Below are positions 39,480-51,778 of a stretch of DNA of 64,000 nucleotides, piece by piece; position 1 is the stretch's first letter; each line of letters opens with the position of its first letter. The position numbers and the translations under genes were made by a program. The notes under the pieces are model-generated. The model was not told the DNA's origin, searched no databases, and saw only the letters and a list, made by a program, of their open reading frames with translations. Source of the DNA: Rozella allomycis CSF55 (Eukaryota); contig KE561054.1 in assembly GCA_000442015.1 (NCBI GenBank), forward strand, positions 62,001 through 126,000, read 5' to 3'.

Positions 39480-40409
39480 TCACCTATAAAACTGCGTGTA
39501 TTTTTTGGATTCTTCATGAACATCCATGTCTGCTTTCATTTCGTTCAACTCGGCCTTTATCATAGCCGCCAATGCTGGAGTTAATTGCTTGGCAACGAAA
39601 TCACCTTGCCTTTCATAATCATCCGGGTGATGAGTTTCTCCAATAAATATTTCTTTGCTAAAATTTAGTCTTTGTCTTTTGTTTTTTAAGGATTTCACTC
39701 TAGTTTCTTCAAACAGGTTATATGCTGATTGCGTCTTTTTTTCGTCGATTTCTGTCAATGAAACATCAGGTTTGTCTAACTCTGATGCACTCATTTTCGT
39801 ATTAATTGAAGCAAGCGATGTGCATACTGACATGGCGGGAGTATTGGGTTCTGTCGGACCCCTTGCAGGCAAGTACACCAAAGAGCCTGTTAAAGGAAGT
39901 TGATCTGATTTTATTTGTTCGTTTGTTTCATCTTTCAAGGAAAGACTCGCTAATTCTCCGTTTATTTGAGATAATGATGACCATTTTGGGTTTGGCGGTT
40001 TCAGTATGCCTTTTATATTCCCGGTTGTTAATATTTTAGCCTTGTCATCTTTTTCTTTACTTTGCTTCAATGCTAGAAATGAGGGCAATTTAGCTCGCAA
40101 ATTATTCTTTAATTTAGAGAAACCTCGAGATTTTTTCTTTTTGAATTTTTCTTCATCGACTTGATCGCTGGCTTCATCTTGCTCTTCAACACTAGAATTA
40201 AGGCTACTTTCACTTGTTAGAGGTGAACTGTTTTGGGATATATTTGGAATTTGCTCGCTTGAAATTGTAGTAAATGCCGGGATGCCCTCTTTGTCCTCAA
40301 TTCGTTCTATCGAGCCTGTTTTCAAAGGTATAAATATTCTTTCAGCCTCTCGAATGTTATTGAAGTCATTTTCTTCTCTAAATTCAGTGCTCCCACTTAA
40401 TGTGGTCAT
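39480..40409 (-). CDS. PP1-targeting protein with Bni4/Phactr-type C-terminal domain, intronless
   Basis: KGILK (SILK-like), RLNF (RVxF-like), then ETHHPDDYERQGD...LTPALAAMIKAELNEMKADMDVHEESKKYTQFY. Confidence 0.75.
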   Translation of the reverse strand: MTTLSGSTEFREENDFNNIREAERIFIPLKTGSIERIEDKEGIPAFTTISSEQIPNISQNSSPLTSESSLNSSVEEQDEASDQVDEEKFKKKKSRGFSKLKNNLRAKLPSFLALKQSKEKDDKAKILTTGNIKGILKPPNPKWSSLSQINGELASLSLKDETNEQIKSDQLPLTGSLVYLPARGPTEPNTPAMSVCTSLASINTKMSASELDKPDVSLTEIDEKKTQSAYNLFEETRVKSLKNKRQRLNFSKEIFIGETHHPDDYERQGDFVAKQLTPALAAMIKAELNEMKADMDVHEESKKYTQFYR

Positions 40410-40504
40410 CGGAGAATGAAGTAAAGTTATTTTTATACTTTAACCTTTCAATGTATAATATAAAGTGATAAGAAAAACAGATTGTTTATGAACCAAAACG
40501 ATGT

Positions 40505-42651
40505 TTATTTACCATTTCTTACACTGCATAATTCGAATGACCCTGGGTATTTATTCAATATTTCTATCCAGTGACATTGGGTATTGGAAAGTTTATCGTT
40601 TTGACTTTTAACTTCCACAAACATGCATTTGGACTCTAATTTGGGTTTCTTCCTAGAAAAGGACTCTTCTTCCGAGCTATAAGACAAATCTATAATTTGC
40701 GATTCTGAGCTATTCTTCGATTTCCAAAATACTTCATAAATGTCATCATCTGTATCCCTCCAGAGTGTTAAGTCCGGAAAACCACCAATAGACCCCTTAT
40801 AGTCCTTGGCCAATTCATCGCAAATACTAGTGAGAAGGTTTAGATTAATGGCCTTATTTATAACCGAATTACAGAATTACTTTCAAAAAGCATTCTATAT
40901 CATTTCTTGTCAAATGCTTCCAATTAATTCCCACAATTTCTTTGTTCTGGTAAGTATCATAATTTTTATTAAATATTGATATCGACTGATGCTTATCTTT
41001 TAATTCAACAAGTCTGTTTTCGATTAAATTTATTCTGTTATAGTAAAAACTGTCTGTCCCAAAATCAATTGGTGCATCTAACAAATATAAGACGCGTCAT
41101 ATTTACTTTGATATGGGTGAATGAAAACATCTAAAACAGGACAAAATATAATATCGGCAAAGATAATTCCAAAAATAAGACTTAAAATTCTACCCTCACT
41201 GTGAAAAGCCTTCCAACCATCCAGTTGATAATGCTGAGATATGGCGCCAAGATATTCTTTACTTGAATTGCCAATTCTTCAACATTACATGGATTTCCAT
41301 CTAATCCACAAAATATCAACCTTGTAGAGGCGGTATTTTTCGCGAGAATCTTGCCTGTAATTGTTTTAATGGTATATTCTAGAATGGGCCTTTGATTCTT
41401 TTTATACGCCTTATTATAATATTTATTTTTAATGGCATATCTATCCCCGTTACGAACAAAGTGATCTTTAGAGGCTAATAATGAAACTTTAATTATCGAT
41501 GAGTCCATTTTTATGTACTCTATCCACCATTTCCCGCGTCGACCGAGGCAATATTTCACTTGATTTAACAGTTCTTTGAGAATAAATTTGCTATCTTGGT
41601 TTTTAATATTAAGCGCCATAATTTCGAGTATCCTACAAATCTGCCAACCTTGGATAATTTCAATATTAAGATCTTACCAGGACAAAATCGTCTTTTGAAA
41701 TAATCATTTTTGGCTAAAACTAAGGCATTTGAATATGAATCCTGATTTGAAGTTTTGTCAAACGAATTAATTCTATCATAAAAGCATATGATTTTTACCG
41801 AAATTTGGGCTCTACAAAGGTTTCTTTAAAGTATGAAAGAAATTTGGCAATATCCGATTTAATTTCTTTAGCCTTTTCCTTTATGTTATCGTCAAAATCA
41901 ATTTGACTATCTTTTGTAATTAATTCATTGTATAGATATTCCTTTACATTGTAGTAAAGGTGAAAATTCTCTAGAGCATTCTTGCTCTTGAAAAATGAAT
42001 TTCCGCTTATTTCATAGTTAACATAATTTTGTCTTCCAATGTTTGAAAGAATAATAGTGCTAAATGTTTCACGAGAATTACCAAAAAACGCAAAGCACAT
42101 GTAATCAATCCATTCTCGAACTTTAACGCAAAGTGAAAATGCTTTTCCTGTTATTTTACCTTGAATCTCTATTAATATTTCTTTGGTTATATTTTGTTTA
42201 ACTAAATCTCTTAGGTCATTCTTTTTCTAATATCCTCATCAAAAGTCATTTACTTTTTCCTTTGGTTTGGTTTCCAATATTTCATTGCATATTTGTGATA
42301 AATCATCATTAGTTAATTTGTCGATGAAGGAATCAACATCCTCGTAAGCTAGTTGTTAGTGACTTTAAAGTGATTACTTTGACAGAGGTTGTGAGAAACG
42401 AGAGCATCTACACCAGAGCTTATGTCATGTATCTCATCGTATTTTAATTTATTTGTGAATAGAATAGACTGTTGCCGCTGATATGCTCGTAGTAGTAATC
42501 GTTGTTCGTCTGTCTCAAGTCTTTTATATAAGCCCATTAAATCTTGATGCGATTGTTTGAAAATGTGAATATTTTTGATAGCAAACTCAAGAACAACAAG
42601 AAATGATCTTTCGTAATAGGTTAACTGACGTTGTAATTCCTCCATGCCCAA
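40505..42651 (-). CDS. FAN1: Fanconi-associated nuclease 1 (VRR-NUC)
   Basis: YYERSF, RRGKWW, NVEELAIQHY..DGWKAFHSEG, PYQNAPIDF, GGFPDLTLW, FVEVKSQNDKLSNTQCHW. Confidence 0.92.
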
Positions 42652-42951
42652 GAAAAAAACTGAAAAAATACGAAAAAATCCATATTTCTGTCATTAAAAA
42701 CTGCCAATCCACGCAAATAAGATAGGGATGCATTGTAAATGGTAAGTAGAATGATGAATATTTATTTATTGCGAACCTGCACTCGCACTAGCCACTAATA
42801 AATGTCTTTTAAAGTCCAGCATGTACACATTTAAAAATAACAATAATTATAAGAATCAACTTATTTTTTTTATAAGTTAAAGAATAAGATTGCTCCTGAT
42901 AACAAAAATTCTAAAAAGTATGGCGCAGTCGTCAACTAGTCATAAACTTAA

Positions 42952-45900
42952 ATGAGTGGACCGGAGACCGAGTTGAACATATCTTCTCCCAGAGACTATC
43001 AGAGAAAATTATTCACGTATAGTTTAAATAATAATAGCATTGTTTGGCTTCCTACAGGATCTGGAAAGACTTTGATTGCATTAATGCTTCTAAAACATTA
43101 TATAGTAAAGGATATGAAAAAGAAGTGTTTCTTTTTGGTACCTACAGTTGCTTTAGGAATTCAACAATTTGAATACTTGAATGGAAATCTTCCCTGCAAG
43201 GTTTCCTTTGTTTATGGCGGTAGAAATGTAGATCAGTGGTCGAGAGAAACGTGGTATACGGAGATTGAAGAACATCAGTGTTTTGTGATGACACCGCAGT
43301 TATTTCTTGATGGCCATAGACACGCTCTCATAGACAAGTCTTTGATATCAGTTGTAGTATTCGATGAATGTCATCATGCTGTGAAAGGGCATCCATATAA
43401 ATTAATCATGAATGAATTACAAGAAAATTTAGCTAATATTCGAATTCTAGGACTATCAGCTTCACCATCGTCTGCATCGACGATTGGGACCATCGAATCA
43501 ATATATCAATCAAAGATAATAATGCCTGATGATGAAAAAGAAATGGAACAATTTTCTCCCAACCCTGATGTTACAATTTGTAGTTATTCCAACCCACTTT
43601 TGATTGTGGAAACTCGTGGCTTGGTCGATGAACTTCAGTTGGTGTTGGAAGAGTTTGGATCTGGGGGTTTAAATATAGTGATTGATCAAATGATTAAAAG
43701 AAATATAATAAAAAAGAATGAGGTATCTAACTTTGTCTACCCAATGGAACCAATATGGTCTGATAAAATAATGAAGCTAGTTGACATACTAAAGGGACAA
43801 ATGGACAATGATCCAGCCTTTAGATGCGCTATTTTTGTTAAGAAAAGGTTGTATGCTGCTGTTTTGACTGTTATTTTGGAGAAATTGTTACCTAATGTCG
43901 TTCAAGCAAGAACAGCGATGGGCTTTAGTCTTTATAAACGAAAGTCGTCGTTTGGAACACTTTTCGAGGTGGATTCAGTGAAATCGATTGATGATTTTCG
44001 ATCTGGAGTAGCGAACATTCTAGTAGCCACTAGTGTGGCTGAGGAAGGTACAAAATTGTCAAAATAGTTATAGGGATTGATATTCCACAATGCAATGTTG
44101 TTATACGATATGATTTACCAACCAATATGATATCTTTAGTCCAATCCAGGGGTAGAGCGAGACAGAAGAATAGCAAGTACATTCTTATGTTAAACACTTG
44201 TATTACCCAACATAAGAAAATGCTAGAGAAAATACACGAGGAAGAAGAGGCAATGGCAAAAGCAGCCAAAGCGAATTTGAATGAGCCCATTAAAGAGTTT
44301 GAGGTTAATAATTTGTTGGATACCACTCATTTTATATCTGAGACCACTGGCGCAAAGCTAACTCCAAGATCAGCCCTACATGTGCTTAATCGTTATTGCC
44401 AAACATTGAGTAGCGACGGGTACACCTCAAACAGACCAATCATCACTTACAAGCCAGATAATGGACGTTATCTTTGCTCAATAATACTTCCTGCCACTTC
44501 TTTAGCTAATCTTGATGACTTGCCGCCGCCTCAATCATACTCTACCAAAAAGTTGGCAAAGTCCTTTGCTGCATTTGAAATTTGTAAGATTTTATACAAA
44601 CAAGAATATTTAAATCAAAATTTGCTTCCAGATATTGATGATTTATTGAAAAAGAGGAGAGAAAGAAAGATTCTTTCATCCTCTGTCCAGTTCAACATCC
44701 AAGCCTCATTTCTGAAACATCCCGCCAATATTAATAATGATAGATTTGTTGGAATACCAATATTTAAAAAGGATAAGAATACAGGAATATCAGAATGTTT
44801 ATTTTCATTTCTTTTGTCTTGCGATAATACAAATTTAGCGTCATCTATTTTATCCCAGCTGTCCTTTGAGGCTGATTCTTGCTATATCTACGGTGGATCA
44901 CAATTTGTATTGAATGATCTCTGTGCTGAAGAAATTCGAATAATTAGACATTACACCATTACTGCCGTTTCAGTTCTGGATCCTTCCATGAGAAATGGTG
45001 ATTATTTTGATCATTCATTGCCTTACGCTATTCTACCCATGCGTGGTTGTGAAATTGATTGGCAGAGCGTTTATTCAACCATCGCGAATTCCTATTGTAT
45101 GCCAATGCCTAAAGCAGCAGACACAAATGTTATAATCTTCATGCTCGTTAGAGGTGGTGGGAAACGATTCGCTATACTGAATAAAGTCTTGCCGGAAAGG
45201 GTAGACTCACCATTACCTGAAAACATGAAAATTGTTTTGGGGAGAGAAACATTTTATGAACAACTTTCTAAAAAATATGAAAATGTTAATCCAAATGATC
45301 TTCTTGTTAATATTTCACCGATTAACCCGGCAAATTTACTATCTGAAATGGAAATCGATTGTGAAAATTCAGAAACAAAAATGACGAAAACTAAAGCATC
45401 TAGTATTCTTTCTAAACAATTTACTTGTCTTTCCATTTGTTCATTATATCCCATTACACTAAATTTCTATCATCATTTACGTTTCTTGCCTTTGGTTATA
45501 CATGGATTATCATTCAATGCCGCCATGATTCAATTTCCTTTTAAAAATTGCATTTCCAATTATTTCATTTTACGAGAGGCCTTGACTGATTGCCACATTG
45601 ATCCAAAATTTAATTACGAGAGACTCGAGACTCTTGGCGATTCAGTCTTGAAATTCTTAACTTCTATTCATGTCTTTACCGAAAATCCTACAAAATCGGA
45701 AGGGTTTTTGACTGTCTGGAAAGATAATATTGTTTGCAATCATAATTTATGCATTTTATCTAAAAATAATCAATTTAATAAATATTTAATTAGCTCCAAT
45801 TTTACTACAGGAAAAAAGTGGAAAAGCCCTGGCTTTGCTACTGATAAACATGTTGGATCCTTTCGAATAAATGATAAAAGGCTTTCTGATTTGGTAGAGT

Positions 45901-46927
45901 CACTTCTAGGCGCTTCTTACATTGACGGTGGCTTTACGAACTGCTTAAACTTTCTTGGCATTATTAATATCTATAAAACATCAATACCTAAATCAATGGA
46001 CATTTATTATCAAAATGCTTATAAATCAATTTTATTTGGCAGTCAGGTAGATATATCAGATTACCAGGGGCTGCTCTTAGCCCTAAGCAAAGCTTTGGGT
46101 GTGGCAGAGTTTCCTACTGAATTTTATAGATTATTTCTTCAATCAATCAGTCATCCGTCTAATATTAATGGTACTGGATCTTTGCAGCGTTTAGAATTCT
46201 TAGGAGATCCTGTCTTGGACTTTACAATTACAGAACATCTATTTTTGCATTCATATACTCTATCTACCCTTCAAATGACAATTTTGCGTTCAAATTTTGT
46301 TAATCAAGTGATTCTTGGTCATCTCTCATTTGAACTCGGACTGCCTCAACTCTTAATACATGCAAACGAATCAATCAGCAGTATCAACGCCACTTTCAAA
46401 AAGGCTCGTAATTCTAAAAGTGTATTTGAAAAGCCTCCCATTATAAACGCAAAATCAATCAAAGAAGCATGGCTAAACATGTTCAAGCCCCCTTTGCCGC
46501 CAAAACTTTACTGCGATATTTACGAATCTGTTCTTGGTGCATACTTTTTGTCTTATGGCTGGGAAGCAGCAAAAGCTTTAATCCATAAACATTTCAAAAA
46601 GTTATTTGACTTATTTCTTCATCCAGATATTTACATACCGAGTAAACTATTTATCAATTGATTATAGGATTCCCTGCTATTGGTTATTTGGAACACAAAT
46701 TTGGCAAAGAATTGTTGCTCCATTTTTTTGAAGTTCCTTTGGATGCCGATGAAAATTGGGTTGTCACTAATATTGAATCTCTAAAAGCCTCTGAATCAAG
46801 GGGAGATAAATTCTGTAGCATTGGGTATTTCAAAGGAGAATTAATCGGGGTTTTCTTTTCTTTTGGTTGCAAGCGTGACGTGGAAATAGCTATATCTGTG
46901 TGCATAATGGAAAAATACATGAAATAA
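42952..46927 (+). CDS. Dicer (DExH helicase, DUF283, PAZ-like region, RNase IIIa + IIIb)
   Basis: PRDYQ, LPTGSGKT, FDECHHA, ATSVAEEGIDIP, QSRGRAR, LNRYCQTL, NYERLETLGDSVLK/SDLVESLLGA, QRLEFLGDPVLD/DIYESVLGA. Confidence 0.95.
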
Positions 46928-47064
46928 ACTTTTAATTTTTTATGAGTTAACAATTAATGTGACAATGTAATTAAATATTGACACGCTTTTTTGAATGAAT
47001 GTTTGAAAGTTATCTCGTAGTCAAAGAGGACCAAAATTGCGTATTTCAGTATTTTGAGAAATCG

Positions 47065-49585
47065 ATGGATTCTACCGAGTTCAAGTCGAGGACACTTAGA
47101 AGAAACACAAACACAAGTAAATTTATATTTTGGCTAAAATATGTGTTTTCATTTAGTCACCCAGCATATGAATACCTTTTTAAGCTTATTGACAATAACA
47201 GAACTGGTAACAAATAAATAGCAACATTTTAAAATAGGTATTTATATTTGAAGCGTTTATACTTTAGGAATTATAAAGGGCGAACAAATTTTGAGTCTGT
47301 GGCAAAAAACAAGTGTGCCTCAGAATATGTTATCACAGATTTGGGCCTTATGTGATTTTGATAATAAAGGCAGCCTTGATAAACCTGGATTTGACTTGTC
47401 GTGCAAATTAATTGGATTAGCGCAGCATCAAAAGAACTTGGATATACACAGTTTGGGTAAACTTCACTTCAATCAAAAATAGAGCTATTTATACCAATTT
47501 TTGAAGGAGTACAAATCCCTGACAATGTGATTCCTGTCGATGTTCCAATCTCTGTCGAAGAGATTTCAAATTATTCCAAAATGTTTAATTCTTCAAATCC
47601 AGTCAATGCAAGGCTTGATAGTAATAGTATTAATTTATTTTAAAAGGTTCTATTTGTAAATCCATTTTTGTACGGTCTGGATTGAAGTTTGATGTATTGG
47701 GTAGAATTTGGTAATTTTGTAAAGGTTATACGAAAGGGCCCTGGTGGATGTCGACAAAAAGAATAGCCTAAATGAAAAAGAATTTGTGTGTGCAATGATA
47801 ATTATTTCACGTTTATTGGATGGATCTTTAAAACAAGTTCCTACTGTTTTACCCATTTCATTAAAAAACCTACCATCAGCTCAAACGCAAGTTAAGGGCA
47901 TCATTCCCATTGTACCACCTCCTGATCGCATGAAATATGAAAGCTTTTTTAATAAACTAGACAAGGATAATGTCGGAGTTATCAAAGGTGATGAGGTTGT
48001 TGAATTTATGAAACAATCCAAATTGCCTTCATCCACACTGGCTTCTATTTGGTAATTTCTTTGATTAATGCTTGACAGGAATCTAGCAGATGTCACGAAA
48101 GATAACGCTTTAGATAAAGAAGAATTTATTACTGCAATGTTTTATATACAGCAAATACTTTTAGGAAAGGATGTTCCCGGCATTTCTCTTCAAGTGCCAG
48201 CGGTGCCATCCAAGCCTTTAGCCATCCCTACAGCGCAGACCCCAACACTCAACACCACACCTTCAGCATTATCTGATTCAAGCATTGACACTTTGAAAAA
48301 TCAAATAAAAGACATAAATTATAAAGCCGGTTTAAAGGAGGCTGAATTATATGATTTACAAAATTTAACTGAATCAAATGACAAGGAATTTATAAAATTG
48401 ATGAAGCTAAAAGAAGACGCAGAAAATTCACTCATAAAAGCTACACAAGAATTGGAAATTCAACAGGCAAAACAAAAGGAATATGCAGCCAAAAGGGAAT
48501 TGGTCCTTCAACAAATTCACTCTTTGCAACATCAATTAAATGAAGCAACGGCAACGATTGAGGCTATAAAAGCTGAGAAAAATGAATTATTTGATAAATC
48601 CCTGATAGAAGAAGCTTTGATTGCAGAATTGAAGGCAAAGAATGAGACCCTGGTTAAAGAAATTGAGGACTTAAAGAACGAAAAAGAAAACTGGATGAAA
48701 AAGTCCAAAGAAAATGAAATTCAGGCAAATAAATTAAAAGATGAGAACAATTTGCTTGGCAAACAGAAAGAAGAATTGCTTGACCAAATAAAGTTAAGCC
48801 ACTCAATTTCCCCCACTGATCAGACGGGGGCGCTTACTTCAGATCCGTTTGATTCGTTCTCTGAGACTTTCAAAATAAATAAATCGGCGCCCAAAAAAGA
48901 CGAATTTTTCGATTTCGGGGTCACGTTTGATAGCCCTACTATTAAAGGGGAAGGCCCTGTTGAGATTACAGACAACAAAATAGACACTGATGTTTCCAAG
49001 TCCCCAAAAATTGATGATTTTGACGACGCTTTCAAAGATTTTAAAGGAGATGCGACCGTTATTGTGGACTCTCCTCCAGTCCATAATGAAGTTTCCTTAG
49101 ATAAGGCATTTGATGCCTTTAATCCATTTAGCGAGCAAAAAATTAGTAATGAAAATACAGTAGCAGAGTTTGATTCAACTTTATTCTTTTCTCAAGGCCA
49201 ACATTCAAATTTCGAAAATCCATTCTCTGATAATCCCTTTGGTACTGACTTTGACCCTTTTCATTTCAATGAGACAAATAGTTCAAATCCAAAAGTCACT
49301 AATGCTGATCCATTCATTAATACAAACGGCGTTTTAACAGCATTTCCAATCGAATCATCAGTGGCGAACAAGCTGGAATCTCCAAATACCCTGGAAAATT
49401 CAGTTTTGGATAAAAATACAACGGAATTAGTAAATATGGGATTTAGTAAAGATCAAGCTATTGATGCTCTGAAACGCTATGACAACAGTCTTCTGAGGGC
49501 TACCACTTTTCTTCTAGACAACGCTAGTCCCGATTCTACAAAAACTTCTCAATGGGCTGACTTTTCTAATCCTTTCGATAATTAA
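47065..49585 (+). CDS. EDE1: Eps15/Ede1 endocytic scaffold (3 EH, coiled coil, DPF/NPF motifs, UBA); start approximate
   Basis: EH motifs LSQIWALCD, LGRIWALVD and LASIWNLAD; coiled coil; multiple DPF/NPF; UBA LVNMGFSKDQAIDAL. Confidence 0.92.
47207..47267 (+). other. Two abutting mini-introns (31 + 30 nt) around a zero-length exon
   Basis: GTAACAAATAAATAGCAACATTTTAAAATAG|GTATTTATATTTGAAGCGTTTATACTTTAG; removing both restores EH-domain DNNRTGIIKGEQ. Confidence 0.7.
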
Positions 49586-49687
49586 ATAAACTTTTAAAAT
49601 GACATAAAACATCTGTTAAATTTACCCTTTGTTATTTGTAAATGCCGGTCTATTTATAGAAGATTCTCTGCTCAATATCCCCGTGGC

Positions 49688-50987
49688 ATGTCTTCATTCA
49701 CCATAGAAAATATTGGCGGCATCACTTTTAAGGTGCCCGCCAGATATAGATTGATTTCAAGAATCGGACAAGGTGCATATGGCTATGTCGTGTAATTTAT
49801 TCCAATCTTTTTAAATAGTAACGGTTATGATCAAACAGCACATTCTTATGTTGCTATCAAAAAGTTGTCAAATATTACAACTAGCATAAACGACCTTAAA
49901 AGAATATACCGAGAATTGGAAATTATTAAACAGCTAAATCATGAAAATGTAACAATATATCACAACTTTTACGTGTCAGATACTTAAAGTAGACGCAGCA
50001 TTTGTATCGGAAAGTTACGCCAGTTTTGAAGATATATATCTAGTTTCTGAATTGATGGATATGGATCTACATCAATTAATTTCCTCCAAGCAAAATTTAT
50101 CTTATGATCATTGTATTTTTATATCTTATCAGATTGCCCGGGCATTGAAATACTTGCACTCAGCAAATATCATTCACAGAGATTTAAAACCTTCGAATAT
50201 ATTAATCAACATGAATTGTGACGTAAAGGTATGGTTCCTACTAGTAGTTTAATAGCTGGGTGATTTTGGTCTTGCTAGGGACTTAAATGTACATTTAAAT
50301 CAAGATGATAAACAACAAATGTCTGGATACATAGCCACAAGGTGGTATAGAGCACCTGAAATAATATTTCAGGTGAAAAAGTATACAACCGCGAGTATGT
50401 TCATGATTTGACTTTTGTATAGTTGATATATTTTCTTTTGGGTGTATTATGTTTGAAATATTTACTGGCACTCCGCTAATGCCAGGTCGAACTAGTACGA
50501 TTTTTCATTTAAACGGACAGCTATGCATCAAATAAAATTAATGATTCAAACATTGGGATCTCAAGATTTAGAAATATTCCGCACAGCTGAAAATCAAGAT
50601 GTACGGATGTATATTACAAATTGATCACAGATATTTAAAGTTGCTGCAAGCTTTTGTAATAATAAAGAAGAGCCTGGAATGAATAAACTTTTATTGTCTC
50701 TTCCTTTACATGCCAGAAACGTTATCAAAGGATGCCTAGAATTGAATCCGGACAAGCGATTTGATTCCAATGCGCTCATCAAGAACCCTTTCTTTCAAGT
50801 ATTTCATGATCCAAATGATGAGGTAAATGTATATTGATCAAGTTTTAGCCTTCCTGCGCCAATTATAAAATTTCTTCGGATATTCCAAATGATGTTACTA
50901 GATATGACATGAAGAGTAAGGTTATAGACTATTTTGACAAAAGGCCGCGTTTATAATCTTATTCAAAAATTCAATAAAAATTTGTAA
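49688..50987 (+). CDS. MAP kinase (p38/Hog1/ERK-like) with SGY activation motif
   Basis: [52 protein letters not shown] docking site. Confidence 0.93.
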
Positions 50988-50994
50988 TTTTCTA

Positions 50995-51762
50995 ATGATC
51001 AGACCAGCTTCTTCTATCGTTACCGTTTTTGTTGACTGTGAGAACTCATCTTCTGAAAGGAGATTCGATAGATCAATCACTATATTTGAATTAAAGGTTG
51101 AATACTCGTTGTTTCTCATATAGGGTAAGCTAGAACCGATTACTGGCATACCTCTGTCATCTATGCATGTAACGTTGGTTACTTCAACAAATAAAAATGG
51201 TCTTCCGTTGTTAAATGAAGAAGCTTACCTAGGGGCATATCCAGTAGAAGATTATTCAAAGCTTCAAGTCATTGATCTTAACCCGGACAGGATTAAGGGC
51301 TCTTTTACTGATACGTCTCAAGTTAAAAAATTTGAAATAACAGATGAAGAGTATTCGAAGAGAACTGATTCTGTAAGAGCCTTTAAAGAAAGAAACAAAT
51401 TGGGGCGTTTTGCTGAACCTACAGAAGAGACTGTAAAAATTCAAGCAGAATATAAGAAACTTGCAATGGAAATTCAAATTGGAAATAGATGCGAGGTGGA
51501 CTCTGAAGGAATATTAAAACGAGGCACAATTAAGTTTGTGGGCGAAACAGAGTTTAAACCAGGTGTTTGGGTTGGGATTGAGTTTGATGAGCCCGTTGGG
51601 AAACATGATGGATCGTAATTATTTATTTTTTTACAGAAAAGTGTTCAAGGCATCGCATATTTTGCGGCGAAGAAAAACCACGGCGCGTTTGTGAGACCAA
51701 CAAATGTCAAAGTAGGGGATTTTCCAGAAAAAGATATTTTTGAAGAATTAGAAGAATTGTAA
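50995..51762 (+). CDS. ALF1: Tubulin-folding cofactor B (UBL + CAP-Gly)
   Basis: SERRFD...LKGKLEPITGIP, VKKFEITDEEYSKRTDSVRAFK, WVGIEFDEPVGKHDGSVQG. Confidence 0.95.
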
Positions 51763-51778
51763 TAAAATAGTTTTTATT

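Noticed and set aside
42652-42951. FAN1 and Dicer head-to-head as a defence locus
   Set aside because: No known functional link; divergent pairs are ubiquitous in this window.
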